Source: Octopus sinensis (taxonomy: Eukaryota). Taken from it: a DNA stretch of 64,000 nt. The stretch lies in the NCBI RefSeq assembly GCF_006345805.1, contig NC_043011.1:21402464-21466463 (forward strand). The letters run 5' to 3'. Below the pieces are notes generated by a model. The model ran no database searches, was not told the DNA's origin, and saw only the letters and a list, made by a program, of their open reading frames with translations. Of this stretch, positions 11,011 through 24,420 are shown piece after piece. Made by a program: the position numbers and the translations under genes. How positions within the stretch are numbered: position 1 is the stretch's first letter; every line of letters starts with the position of its first letter.

Positions 11011-13150
11011 AAGATACACACACACACACACGCACTAACTTTTTTTACTTGCCCTCATAAAGGTTGCTGTTGAAATATCTCTTAAATTACATCTCTCTAG
11101 CTTTTAAGAAAAGAAAAAAAAACACATTGAGTATCATAGCCCTATTATCATAGTTGAGTATCATAGCATGGCAGCAAAAGAAGACGCATTTTCACACTTG
11201 AAGCAATAACAATACTTACCGAGGAAGATAAAAATAATTCGACTAGAAAAAAACATTGATCTTCTGACGATTTCAAATCATAACGCTACCATTGAAGTTT
11301 CTAAGTAGCGACAAAACTGCCTGGTTATTTTTTCCATTATATAACTACAAGCAAAGAAGTTGTTTGTAATAAACCTAACCTGATATGTTTCAAATGTATT
11401 AGATACGAGCCAAGCATTTAGTAATGGCTTGTTGAATATATTGGGTAATGAAGATCTAGTTAATTCCCTCGTGCTTATCTTGTATATTGGTTAGCTGTTT
11501 CCTATACATTTTGCAATTTTTTTATCGCTACTTTCGTGGATTCCCATGACTCTCAGTCGCCATCTAATTCCATTATTATGAATTCAAATTGGGAACTTGA
11601 GCCATAGTGAATCTTTCATTAGCTGATTACACAACCATGGAAGCCGCCCCCGTGGATGCGTTGCAGTTACTCTCTTTGTAGAGCTTGTTAATCCTAATCT
11701 TCTAGGACTCCTCTGCTCAGCATCAATGTAAGAAGCTCTTCTGCTACCTCTTCACAATCCCACCATGTTGCCGTCCCATGACCTCACCGTTTCCCTGACA
11801 GGATGGCTGAACGGATCCTATGCCATTCCAAAGGGCAACCCGTGACTATACAGGGCATGGTCGTCACTCTGTGAGGTATTTTCAAAATGCTCTCATACCC
11901 ATACTGCGAGAAAAAATATGACAGTTTCCATTTCATGTAATAATACTGTGAAAGCTGTTGCAGTCTGTTTTCTGTGGAAACTGTCGCAGTCTAACACCAC
12001 CACCTGACAGTTGGTTGTCTTTAGCCTAGTACACTGTATTTGCAAGCTTTCAAACTAGGCGTAGACTTATTGGCAGTGTGTGCATCTAAATACTGTGTTT
12101 GTGGCTAATGAGGTCGTTACAGTATAGGGCTGGCTGTTTATTTCAGCACCTAGAAACTTGCCTTCCCCCTCCAAGATACGTGCATGAACTTCCCCTCCAA
12201 GATGCATGCATGAACAAAGATTATGGGAGCAGAACAGCAGTTTCTCTTGCATGCAATTCTTCTGTCTTCACATCACCAAGAGAAAGGCAAGGTCGATACA
12301 GTTTGGCTTTAGTGCCGTATAAGAAATTTCTTTCAATAAACAAAGAACTGGGACAGCTATCACAAGACATCCAGCCCGACGCACTCAATGTTCTTCCAAT
12401 CCATCAAACTGGTTTGGTACATTTTATTGACCGACAATGGATAATATGAACGTTTCTAAAATGTAATAAGAACAGTGAAGTCTGTATAAACTACAATAAA
12501 TAAATGAACTCGAAAATAAAAAGCAATTATAATTACTAGATATGTAGGAGGACATACCATAATCCCATCATTTCCTCATTTGGGTGCCTTTGTGGCACAC
12601 AGATTGACGATTGAACGACATGGTGGGAGCCACGTATTTTTTCTTCCAAGGACCGTATTGGAGTCTGCGACGTACAGTGATTATTTACATATTCCGTAAC
12701 ATTACAATCCCTATATATTTCATGTTCTCCACTGCCCAGCCTATTTCTGTACATCCGCAGATCTGGCAGGGATCACAGAAGAATCGGCGGCAGGTGGACT
12801 CGATTAAAATGCAACACTTGCTATTCTTTTGGATCTGTTATTAGTAGTGTAGGTTAAAACGCAATGTTCCTGGGACAATGAAGCTATTAATAATACAGCG
12901 ATTTTTTGGATGTATGTGGTGTTTGTTTTTTTTACGAAAGATTTTCGTAACTGATAGGCAATGTGCTTTTAGAATGCTGCTGTAACAGTGTTATTATGTT
13001 GCATACACGCCTGGGGTGTTTGAGGTAATTTCTCATGTAGTAGCAGAGATAACTTAAAAAACGACCAAAACTAAACTTACGAAAAGTCATCAATCATTAT
13101 TGTAATATATGTTGATATATATATAAGTGTATGTAAGTATGTGTGAGTGT

Positions 13151-13191
<41 letters not shown>

Positions 13192-13245
13192 ATATATGTA
13201 TATATATGTATATATATATATGTATATATATATATGTATGTATAT

Positions 13246-13294
<49 letters not shown>

Positions 13295-13342
13295 GTATAT
13301 ATACATATACATGTATATATACACACACATGTATATACATTC

Positions 13343-13374
<32 letters not shown>

Positions 13375-14000
13375 TATATAATATATATATATACAGTAAA
13401 TACACACACACACCCACACACACACATATATATATATATATCAGTACACAATATTTATACGTTCCTGCAGAACACCATGATATTATATAATATGCATATG
13501 TATATATATAGAGAGAGAGGGGGAGGGAGAGAGAGAGTGAGGATAGAGAGGGGAGGGAGGGAGAGAGAGTGAGGATAGAGTGGGGAGGGAGAGAGTGTGG
13601 GGGAATGAGCCAGCTCACACTGTGAGCGCTATGACTAATATGTAATCCAGTACAACCTAGCATGCTCTCCGCTCCGGAGGCAAAACTGACACACCCACAA
13701 GGCCAACCTGGAGAAATGATTTACTAGAAATCCATCTTGACTAAAACAATTCCTGTCAAAAGACACATGAATCCAGTATAGAGTTCGAGGGTGGGGTGGG
13801 GGTGGGGGTACGTGGAATTTCCACTACGATGTGCAGCGCGCTGTAAGTCTGTTAGAGGTGAGGTGATCCTTAATTTTCATTACAGTATGTCTTTTGGAGA
13901 AGGTAAAGTAACTCAGTTATAAACCTTTACGAACAATGATAAAACTGACATCATCTTCGTTCGATTGACAAACAGCCATACGATACATATACATACATAT

Positions 14001-14044
<44 letters not shown>

Positions 14045-14070
14045 TATAAAGATAGTTATGACCGGTCTAT

Positions 14071-14130
14071 GGAGTTACCCAGGGTTTCACGTCCATAAAG
14101 CGGCCAGTTTTATAGCGTCTTCTCAGTCCC
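14071..14130 (-). ncRNA. Degenerate hammerhead-like motif
   Basis: GGGA-CUGAGAAG-ACGCUAUAAA...UUUAUGGACGU-GAAA-CCCUGGG-UA-ACUCC; stems II and III present, core corrupted; next to a (TA)n tract. Confidence 0.35.
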
Positions 14131-14382
14131 TAATGGCTGGTGGTCTATAACCTCTCTATTCAAAGTGGGTGAAGAAAAGGCCTCATGGATAGTTTTGAAC
14201 ACACCGACAAAAGACAAGAGTTAAGTGCAAGGGATTGTCTCCCTTAGTGTTAATAAAACAAGGAAAACATGTATCATTTTAGGATTTTGCGAAAGAAAAT
14301 ACGAATAAAGGTGTACTACGGCGCTTTCTTAATTTACTTAAATTACCCTTGGTTTCAGAGACAGGTAAACAGACAAGTCGTA

Positions 14383-14759
14383 GCACTCCGTCGGTTACGA
14401 AGACGAGAGTTCCAGTTGATGTGTTCAACGGAACAGCCAGTTCGTAAAATTAACGTGCAAGTGGCTGAACATGCCATAGACACGTGTACCCTTAACGTAG
14501 TTCTCGGGGAGATTCAGCGTGACTCAGAGTGTGACAAGGCTGGCCCTTTGAGATACAGGTACAACAGAAACAGAAAAAAAGAGTGGGAGAAAATTGTGGT
14601 GAAAGAGTACGGCGGTGTACGCCCCCCCCCCCCTGCCGGAGCCTCGGGTGCTTTAGGTGATTTCGCTCAATAAACACTCACAATGCCCGGTCTAGGAATC
14701 GAAACCGCGATCCTACGATCGCAAGTCTGCTGCCCTAACCACTGGGCCATTACGCCTCC
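14383..14759 (-). mobile_element. SINE family C (tRNA-Arg-like head)
   Basis: Minus strand GGAGGCGTAATGGCCCAGTGGTTAGGGCAG... head and ...CGTAACCGACGGAGTGC tail. Confidence 0.88.
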
Positions 14760-15325
14760 GAAACAGACAAGTGCTTGTTGACAATTGCGACTGAATCCAA
14801 ATGATAAGGGTAGATAATCCCCCAAATAAGGAATTATCCAGAATTAGTATACAATTAAGGAAATGTCAGTCCGCCATAAAGGAAAAACAGCTCTGGACAC
14901 ATGTTTCTTCCCCTATAAGCGTCATCAGCACAACAGTTGTCCTACCTTGACTTCAGCTAGACATAAGAGTCATATATATGCACAAAGGGAAAATAATACT
15001 TATGCCTAAGTAATTGTTATTGTCCAAGTAAATATGAGCTAAGAGAAATAATATAGGGTGGCTAGTTTGGCATCAATTTGGATAACTAAGACAAATGCAG
15101 ATATATTAGGCACCACACAATATAAATTCTTCATTTATTAAATTTTTTTCGCTTCCAAGCAAAAGTAAACTGCCTGGTGGCATTTGCGACCGGATAAGAC
15201 TGGGCGATAAACCCAAGAATCAGCTATTCTTCGGAATTGATATGCGATTAAGGAAAAATAGCCTGATTCCTTGGAGAAAAGGACACAAATGTGGATAGGG
15301 GTTGCTAACATAGGTAGGTAGGTAG

Positions 15326-15745
15326 ATACGTTAAGGGTACGCGTGTCTGTGGAGTGCTCAGACACTTGCACGTTAATTTCACGAGCAAACTGTTCTGTTG
15401 ACTGGATCAACTGGAACCCTTGGAATCAACTGGAACTCCGATGCCTACGACGACAAGGGTTCCATCATCATCATCATTGTTCGACCGTGGTCGAGACAAT
15501 GGAATTTACCATGCTACGCCAGACTTGCGAGTAGATGACTCTTCTCCTGTGGAAGCCATCTGCTCGCGATACCAGAAGGCGCACACTCTCCTACCCTGAT
15601 GCAATCTCCAGGGATACAGGCATTCAGCAACAGGACCTCCGTAATGCTATGATGGACCGTGAAGTCTGGCGTAGCATGGTAAATTCCATTGTCTCGACCA
15701 TGATGATGATGATGGAACCCTTGTCGTCGTAGACATCGGAGTGCC
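15326..15745 (+). mobile_element. SINE family C tail interrupted by an RTE-type 3' end with an inverted duplication
   Basis: Tail to 15420 (GGATCAACTGGAACCCT) resumes at 15713 (TGGAACCCTTGTCGTCGTAGACATCGGAGTGCC). Confidence 0.85.
15527..15712 (+). mobile_element. Probable RTE-type LINE 3' end with (ATG)n tail
   Basis: LLLWKPSARDTRRRTLSYPDAISRDTGIQQQDLRNAMMDREVWRSMVNSIVST followed by ATGATGATG; clade assignment from recalled RTE C-terminal similarity. Confidence 0.7.
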
Positions 15746-15749
15746 ATTA

Positions 15750-15809
<60 letters not shown>

Positions 15810-15910
15810 ATAAAAATGGTAAGGCAACAAAAGAATGAAAGAGACCTTGATATTATGTAATAGAGGAATTTATCTGTAAATATAATATGTGACAATTATT
15901 CGGTAGCCAA

Positions 15911-15971
15911 GATAAAACTCCGAGTTTCGGATGCCGAGGTGGAAATCCAAGCCGCCATTTCTTCAGTTATC
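15911..15971 (-). ncRNA. Candidate type-I hammerhead ribozyme
   Basis: GAUAA-CUGAAGA-(31-nt imperfect stem II)-GAAA-CUCGGAG-UU-UUAUC; perfect 5-bp stem I. Confidence 0.65.
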
Positions 15972-16020
15972 TGGCCATCTGGAAAATACTATGAAAAAAA
16001 AAGTATTTTTCCGATGGCCG

Positions 16021-16081
16021 GATAACTGAAGAGATGGCGGTGTGGATTTCCACCTCGGCATCCGAAACTCTGAGTTTTAAC
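16021..16081 (+). ncRNA. Candidate type-I hammerhead ribozyme
   Basis: GAUAA-CUGAAGA-GAUG...CAUCC-GAAA-CUCUGAG-UU-UUAAC. Confidence 0.6.
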
Positions 16082-16528
16082 ATGGCTACTGAATAATTGT
16101 CACATAATTCATTTACAGATATATATATATATACATATATTATATATATAGGCAGAGAGAGAGAGTAAGTGAGAGAGAGAGTGAGTGAGTGAGAGAGAGA
16201 GAGTGAGAAAGAGAGAGAGTGAGAAAGAGAGAGAGTGAGAAAGAGAGAGAGTGAGAAAGAGAGAGAGTGAGAGGGAGAGGGGGCGTTGTAGGGGATAGAT
16301 AAATAGACAGCCTTTCACAAAACCTTCTTTACAGAATATTGTGTTGATTGACTCAATTTCCTTTTGCCTAAGTGGGGGGTTGATGGGGCGGGGTTGTGTC
16401 AGATTGCAGTGCAGGTAGGGGGGAGGAGAAAAACCAAACTGCGGAACATGATCTTTTTATGAGAAACGGAACACTCACGTTCTCTTTCTTTCTGACTTTC
16501 TCTGTTTTGCTTCCTCTCCCCCCCTATC

Positions 16529-16559
<31 letters not shown>

Positions 16560-16706
16560 CTCTCTTTCTCTCTTTCTCTTTCTCAGGCACTCACACATAC
16601 ACACACATTCGCAAACGCACACATGCAAATCTCAAACATGTAGGTGGAAAGGGTCGTGCTGGTGTTTTATAATTCTCTTCAAAAATGAGTCTACTTTCTA
16701 AGTTGC

Positions 16707-17440
16707 GCACACATGCATACACATACATACATACACACAACACACATACATACATACATACATACATACATGCATGCATGCATGCATGCATACATACATA
16801 CATACATACATACATACATACATACACATACATACATACACACACACATACATACCTACATACATACATACATACATACATACATACATACATACATACA
16901 TACATACATGCATGCATGCATGCATACATACATATATACATACATACATACATACATACATACATACACACACACATACATACATACATACATACATGCA
17001 TGCATGCATACATACATACATATATACATACATACATACATACATACATACATACATACATACATACATACAAATATACATTCATACAAATATACATTCA
17101 TACATACATACAAACATACATTCATATATACATACATACATACATACATACAAATATACATTCATACAAATATACATTCATACATACATACAAACATACA
17201 TTCATATATACATACATACATACATACATACATACATACATACATACATACATACAAATATACATTCATACATACATACAAACATACATTCATATATACA
17301 TACATACATACATACATACATACATACATACATACATACATACATACATACAAATATACATTCATACAAATATACATTCATACATACATACATACATACA
17401 TACATACATACATACATACATACATACATACATACATACG
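16707..17440. repeat. Long (TACA)n microsatellite with higher-order variant blocks
   Basis: ~730 bp of TACA units; CAAATATACATTCATA blocks recur periodically between 17070 and 17390. Confidence 0.95.
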
Positions 17441-17704
17441 TGCAACCAGGCAAACAGACACGTGTGTGTGTGTGTGTGTGTGCGCGCGTGTCTGTATGTG
17501 TGTCAGGGTGTGTGCGTGAGTATGCATGTATGTAGATATATTCATTTATATATGCTCATGCGTCCGTATATATGTATGTATGTACGTGTGTATGGATAGT
17601 GTATATCTTTGTATATGCCAGAGTGTATATATATGCACGTATGTATGTATATATGCATAAATGTATGTACGTATGTATACATGTATGCATGTATGTGTGT
17701 GTGT

Positions 17705-18330
17705 GTATGTCATTGTTCAGTTTTATTTAAGATTTCTTGCCAATAGAGGAAGAACTGGTTTCTAACCTAGATTCAAGGCTCGTTCATAAGAATTTCAACA
17801 TCAAGGACAGGGAATTTTTGTGTGGATAGACGTATATATGCATGCATGTATGTATGTATGTATGTATGTATGTATGTATGTATGTATGCATGCATGAATC
17901 TGTGTATGTGAATGTACGTATGTATGTATGTATGTATGTATGTATGTATGTATGTATGTATGTATGTATGTATGTGTGTGTGTATGTGGATGTGCAGATT
18001 TATATGTATGTAAATATGTATATATGCATGCATGTATGAATCTGTGAGTATGTATGTATGTATGTATGTATGTATGTATGTATGTATGTATGTGTGTGTG
18101 TATGTATGTGCATGTTCAGATTTATATGTATATATATGTATATATGTATATATGTATGCATGTGTGAATCTGCAAGTATGTATGTATGTATGTATGTATG
18201 TATGTATGTATGTATGTATGTATGTATTTATGTATGCGAGTGTATGTATCCTATATATGTGTATATGTATGTAAGTGCTAAGTTCATCTTTAAACTGCAC
18301 TTAGAACTGTAAAACTATCAAAAAAGAAAA
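17705..18330 (-). mobile_element. 3' UTR of the RLE-type LINE family (contains (TACA)n)
   Basis: Reverse complement CCCTGTCCTTGATGTTGAAATT...GAGCCTTGAATCTAGGTTAGAAACC matches 27370-27470 and 50415-50475. Confidence 0.7.
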
Positions 18331-18625
18331 TAATAAAATCCTATTGATTATTGTAACTGACCATTCAACGAGAAACTGTGTAGATATCTATTGAAACTTG
18401 ACACTTTTACACAAGAGAGTTGAACAGGAAATCTTTTTTTTTTACTTCTATGTCACCCATTTAAATACATACGTACAAGTGAAATAAAACTCGTAAAATA
18501 CATATATGCAATTATAGCCATACATGGACACACATACACAGACATGTGACAGACAGAGAAAGAGAGAGAGACATAGATGGATGGATGTAGATATGCATAT
18601 ATATGTATATGCATATCCATATATA

Positions 18626-18657
<32 letters not shown>

Positions 18658-18681
18658 CATGCATATATATATATACACATG

Positions 18682-18712
<31 letters not shown>

Positions 18713-18719
18713 ATATATA

Positions 18720-18750
<31 letters not shown>

Positions 18751-18813
18751 GTGTGTGTGCGTGTATATATATATGTGTATATATATATATATGTAATATA
18801 TATATATATGTAA

Positions 18814-18872
<59 letters not shown>

Positions 18873-19084
18873 ATAATATATATATATATAATATACAAAA
18901 TGAGAAAATGGAGAAATATATCTAAATCAATCATCAACTATCAGATAATACCGAATCATATACTTTATTAAAACACTACACAATAGCAATGAGATTAGAC
19001 ATTAATACAGCACAATAATTACAATCAATATGATGAGATATAACTAAATAAATATAACAAGATATAAAAATACATATACATTAT

Positions 19085-19197
19085 AACCGACAGCTGTTTC
19101 AGCCATGAAGATAGGTATGTCTCATTTAACCTATTAACCATATATTGCAGGTATAAATGAGACATTAACAAGAATATCTTACGGCCTCTTCGGAGAT
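19085..19197 (-). ncRNA. Candidate hammerhead with an 86-nt stem II (U4C variant)
   Basis: CCGAAGA-GGCC...GGCU-GAAAC-AGCU-GUC; stem II has AAGAUA/UAUCUU and a 12-bp AUGUCUCAUUUA/UAAAUGAGACAU pairing; stem I weak. Confidence 0.55.
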
Positions 19198-19387
19198 TCT
19201 AATGCAAGTATGAGTACAAACCCCAAAATAATTTACATATAAATATAAATATGAGTGCATATATACTCATATCCTTATATATATATACATATACATATAC
19301 ACAATAATATAATATAAACAATATAAATCAATATACATCAACAAACACAATAATGTTCCATATTGAACGCCACAGCTCCTCAACCAA

Positions 19388-19445
<58 letters not shown>

Positions 19446-21977
19446 ATGCATACACATGTATATATATGTATATATATATATACATGTATATGCATATATA
19501 TATAAATATATATTTATATATATATATATATATATATACTCACGCACATACATACAAACTCACACACACGTGTGTGTGTGCATATATATGAGTATATATA
19601 TATGTGTGTTTGTGCGTGTGTGTCTATGTGTGTGTCTATGTGTGCGTATGTATGATTGATAGTATGAATGTATGTATGTATGTATGTATGTATGTATGAT
19701 TGCTAGTATGTATGTATGGTTTGTTTGTGCGTGAGTGGTACTTGCGTGCGTGTACGTAATGCCTAATGTTAGTTTTATGATTTTAATGGCTTCGCAAGGC
19801 GAACTAAAGCACTATGTTGACCCCCTATTAATAAGTAGTACATTTTCGACATGTGATAACAGTATCTGTAGTGACACGGTGTCACAACAGCGATAAATCT
19901 AATTAATCTGTATAACGAAAGGTTTGGCTGGAAGGTGTTTCTACTGCATTTCACATTTCGAGTGTAATTGGAACTTTCTTCTTTTCGCGACACATGCAGT
20001 GCTGTTCATCATGTTCAGCGGCTAAGAGAAAATATCTGGGCAGTTCTTCTTATAACGCCTGACAATGATTCGTCAATTTTGCTAAGAAAACATGATCGAG
20101 ATAAAATAAACATTTCACTGGCTTCCTCCTAGCAGGACATTTAGGGACATTTTGCTAATAGCCCTCGAGATCTGCTCACTTATTCGCTTCTCACTTGTGT
20201 TTATTTTTTAAGAATATAATAAAACAACCTCGCCAATATTCCATAGTTACGAGATCAATCTTTGACGAATACACCCATTTTGCTAAAAAGTCATTGTTTT
20301 TGATTCGGTACAGTAACCAAAATATATATTTAGCAGTAGATGGCGCACATTCTAAACATTTGATTTGACAATAGCAAATTTCAATGTTCTTTTGTTTTGT
20401 TCTTGTTTTGTTTTTGTTTTTTGTTTTTGCTATTTAATAATTCTTGTAATATTGGCATAATCGCTTTATACATTAGTTTCCGTTAGCAGTTACTATACTG
20501 AAGAATTAGTTATAACGAATGTGAGAGTGTAGATGCATTAGAGGTATTAAGAAGTGTAAGCTGCAGGGAGGGAAGTAAGAATGAGGAATCAGGATAGGAT
20601 TACTGATCAGTTCAAGGAAAGGCATTTGTGGGTTTGTAAACAGCTTGACGATAACAATACAGAATAGCATATGGTACGCATTCGTGTCTATACACATACA
20701 CATACAAATACTTATACACTTTTCTCCAATATTTTCTATTACTTTTCTCTCTCTTTTCTCCTCTCCTTGAACTCGTACCCTTCCTCTCTTTTTCTTTTTC
20801 TTACTCATTTTATCACTTTTCTTTTTCCCTTTTTCTTCCTTTACTTTTCCTCCACGTACCATTTTTCTTCTTTTACACTCCTCCATGTGCCTCACTAATT
20901 TTCTTCTCTCACAGAATATAAGCACTTTTCGTATTAATGTTATATCGTAATTATTCTTCTCTAATTTTTCTCTCATTCATTTTTCTTTTTCACTTTTCTC
21001 CATAAACTCCCACCGTTTCCCTTCTTTCGTTCCCTTTTCCGTGCCTTCTTTTCATGCAACAGCATCTTACACCCGTACCCGTGCATACGCTTCGCTCACA
21101 CTGTTCACATTCCTCTTACCTCACACTCTTTCCCGATCACACCTCACTTCACCGTTTTTCTTATACACACCTCATATCCCCAGTAGCCCACGCCTTTAGC
21201 GGAATCTACTCTGCTGCAAGTGTTTGGCTAAGGCACTGGTTTTACGATACTTTCCTTCACTAGTGTCGGATACTCAGAATCTAGTTGTAGGCACTGACCT
21301 CCATACTAACTAAGTGATATTTTAGAAAATGAGTAACCGAAAGCTGTGAGGTTGATGCAGTTAATGTCCTGCTTAAACAGTTGCAAATCAGCGGCTACAG
21401 GTAAACATGAACATGGAAATAATTCTAAAAGAATGATATTTAGGGAAAGGGGGAAAAGAAATGGATGGAAAGATTAATGCGGTGGACCTGTGGGGACGGA
21501 TGGACCCAATAGGCATAGAAGAGAGCTGGACCCAATAGGCATAGACGAGCTAGTAGGGAGACGCAAAGTAAATGTAACACAAGACTTCCGACGAAGTAGC
21601 GGTAGAAAATGAGTCTTTGCAATGAAAATTTAGAGTATTATTCACACCAACGCTAGAAGGCTCTACGAAGCTACTGCACGCCAGAAATAGCGGTCAAATC
21701 CCTTCACGTCAATTACACTAAAGGCATAGATGCAGGCGTGTCTGGAAATTGAAAGAATCCCATCGTATATGAATGTATATGGTTGTGTTTGGAGGTGTGT
21801 GTGTATGTGTGTGTGTGTAACTTTTGCATTGACAATTTACAGCACCACCTATACTAAAGCTATAAGCCTCTACGAAACCACTCCAGTGTTAGAAATAGCA
21901 GCTATATCACACTTCATATTATACTACCATTTTTAAAGAAAAAATATGAGCTTGCTAAGTAATGTAGTTCTCGATAC

Positions 21978-22140
21978 ACTATGCTGACTCTTTCACCACA
22001 GCTTTCTCTCACTCTTTCCTTCTGCATCTTGCAGCTCACCTGCGATGGACTGGCGTCCCGTCCAGGTGGGGAACCTATTCGCCAAGGAAACCGAGAAACC
22101 GGCCCTTATGAGTCAGGCGTGGCTCGAGAAGGAAGGGACA
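21978..22140 (+). mobile_element. SINE family C variant, 3' part
   Basis: GCATCTTGCAGCTCACCTGCGATGGACTGGCGTCCCGTCCAGGTGGGGAACC, shared with 24160-24420. Confidence 0.8.
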
Positions 22141-23344
22141 TATTGCATGTTAGTCAAGGAATGTGTGAGCACCACAACTTCTCAGATTGCAATCATTATA
22201 AACCTGAGATCACACACATTCACTCGCACACGCGCAACACACACCTGCATATACACGTGTGCGCACATACACTCACAAATAACTCGCGTACACAAGCACA
22301 AACTCACAACATGCACCCAAAAATAAACACGTACAAACCTGGTGTTAGATAACGTAACAATGAAAATATATTCATGCAAGAACTCGCAAAGACAAACACG
22401 CACGCGTATGTGCACACAAATACACGCACGCGCACGCAGCACACGTACATACCTACACAGACAAACATATGTTAACGAATGTTCCCATCCTATCTTATAA
22501 TCAGGCTTGTTGCATTTGGCTCACAGGAAGAATCTTAAATCCCTAGATAAAAGGACTATAGAAACGAATAGCGAAAACAGAACAAAGGAGATTAGCCTCA
22601 GAACAACTAGACGGCTAATACAAGGAAAACATTTCAAAGATAATTAATAATTTACCCAATTTTCTTAATGGTATATTACATAATTCGTAAAAACACAACG
22701 GATACTAAGGAGAGTCGTTTTTCGAATGTTTATATTTAGCTATGGAAAATGAATGGATGGACGTGGGATGGTGTTTTTTCATATGAATATTTCAATTTGA
22801 TTATGTGTATATATAGAGAGGCTTGTATGTGTATGTGCACAGTATACGGGTGTGGAGGTTATGTATACATCCATACATACGTAATTCGTTTCTCACTGAA
22901 GTATGTATATACATATGTTAGCATGTATGAAGTTATGTATGTATGTATATATATATATATCCATGTATGCATGCATGTATATACATGCATATACATACTT
23001 ATGTTATGTGTGTGATCTGTACACATTAAAGATGAGTTACGAAAACAGATTTCTTTTTTCTTGTTTGCTTTTTCAATTAATCATGCTTTCTCTGTTCTTT
23101 GAAGTTTGATGCTGTTACAGATCCATTGCCACATATGAAAGCCTAATCTCTGTGAATTATTCCTGAACAGATACAGATGGCACTTTTCTCTTCCGATTAA
23201 ATTCTTTTATTGGAGGGTTAATCTTAGGATTGAACAGGCAGAACGCAGATGTATTTTTAGGCTTAGAACAAAACCACGAGTGACATTTGAAAAACAATAA
23301 AAAAGATTTATATCGTTTGTCTTTTGCATCAGCAGTCTTAAGAT

Positions 23345-23975
23345 ATAATTAATATTGTTTCAAACTTTGGTACAAGGCCAGTAATTAATTATAAGGAGGT
23401 GAGGTGGTCGATTATATCGGCCTCAATGCTCAGTTGCTACTTGTCCTATCGCCCCGGAAAGGATAAAAAGTGAAGTCGACCTAGACGGGATCTAAACTCA
23501 GAACGGAAAGGCGAACAAAACGCCGCTGTTTTGTGCTCTGTGTTAACGACTCAGTCATCTCGCCGCCTTAAAAACGTATGATTAATATTATGGCCTTTAA
23601 TTAGCACCCCAGGTAAAATGCTTAGTCCGTCTTTAAGTTCAGAGTTCAAATTTCGCCGAGAATGGCTTTTCATCCTTTCGAATTTAATATAAGTACCAGT
23701 TGAGCACTGATGTCGATATAATCGAACTACCCTCTCCTCAAAATTGCTGGCCTTGTGCCAAAATTTGAAACCAATGTTATGGCCCTTAATAGGGCGGCGA
23801 GCTGGCAGAATCGTTACGCACGGAACAAAATGCTTAGCGGCATTTCTTCCGGCTCTTCAGGATCTGAGTTTAAATCCCGCTGAGAGTACCTTTGCTTTTC
23901 ATCATTTCGGGGTCGATAAAATAAGTATCAGTCGAGCACCTCCACCCCTCAAATTTCTTAATCTTGTACCAAAAT
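23345..23975. mobile_element. Cluster of three diverged SINE family A copies
   Basis: Minus copy ~23345-23567, plus partial ~23590-23770, plus copy ~23793-23975. Confidence 0.8.
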
Positions 23976-24159
23976 CAGAAAGAATATCATGGCTCTTACT
24001 CAGTTAAACCACCTTCTTCTCCAATTTGAGGTCTTCTACCTGTTAGAGTTCAATATCATTGCCCATTATGTTTTGTATTCATCTGCTTTTGTTGACCTTG
24101 CCTTTAACCTTGTTGTTTGTTGTTGTTTGTTCCTTCTCGAGCTATATCTGGCTCATCAG

Positions 24160-24420
24160 GGCCGGTTTCCCGGTTTCCTTGGCGTATAGGTTCCCCACCT
24201 GGACGGGACGCCAGTCAATCGCAGGTGAGCTGCAAGATGCAGGGGGAAAGAATGACAGAAGGTTGTGGCTAAAGACTCAGCAGAAGTTCGCCATTGCCTT
24301 CTGCCGGAGCTGCGCGGAGCTAGGGGTTTCGCTCATAAACACACACAACGCCCGGTCTGAGATTCGAACCCGTGATCCCTCGACCGCGAGTCCGCTGCTC
24401 TAACCACTAGGCCATGTGCC
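24160..24420 (-). mobile_element. SINE family C variant
   Basis: Minus-strand head AGGCACATGGCCTAGTGGTTAGAGCAGCGGACTCGCGGTCG with GGTTCGAATCTC B-box. Confidence 0.85.

Larger units (their letters stand above)
15790..16121. mobile_element. Fold-back cassette with two divergent hammerhead motifs, between (TA)n tracts
   Basis: Arms 15871-~15992 and ~16002-16121 are imperfect reverse complements; the left arm extends ~80 bp further to the TA tract. Confidence 0.85.

Noticed and set aside
11530-12850. Moderately GC-rich segment with short ORFs and a 27-bp direct repeat (~12161-12214)
   Set aside because: Probably old transposon debris, but I could read no diagnostic motif.
21502-21549. GGACCCAATAGGCATAGA direct repeat (also AGGTAAAGTATGCAAGGTGAT x2 near 26.5 kb) as CRISPR-like
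   Set aside because: Only two units, no spacer series, eukaryotic context; simple local duplications.
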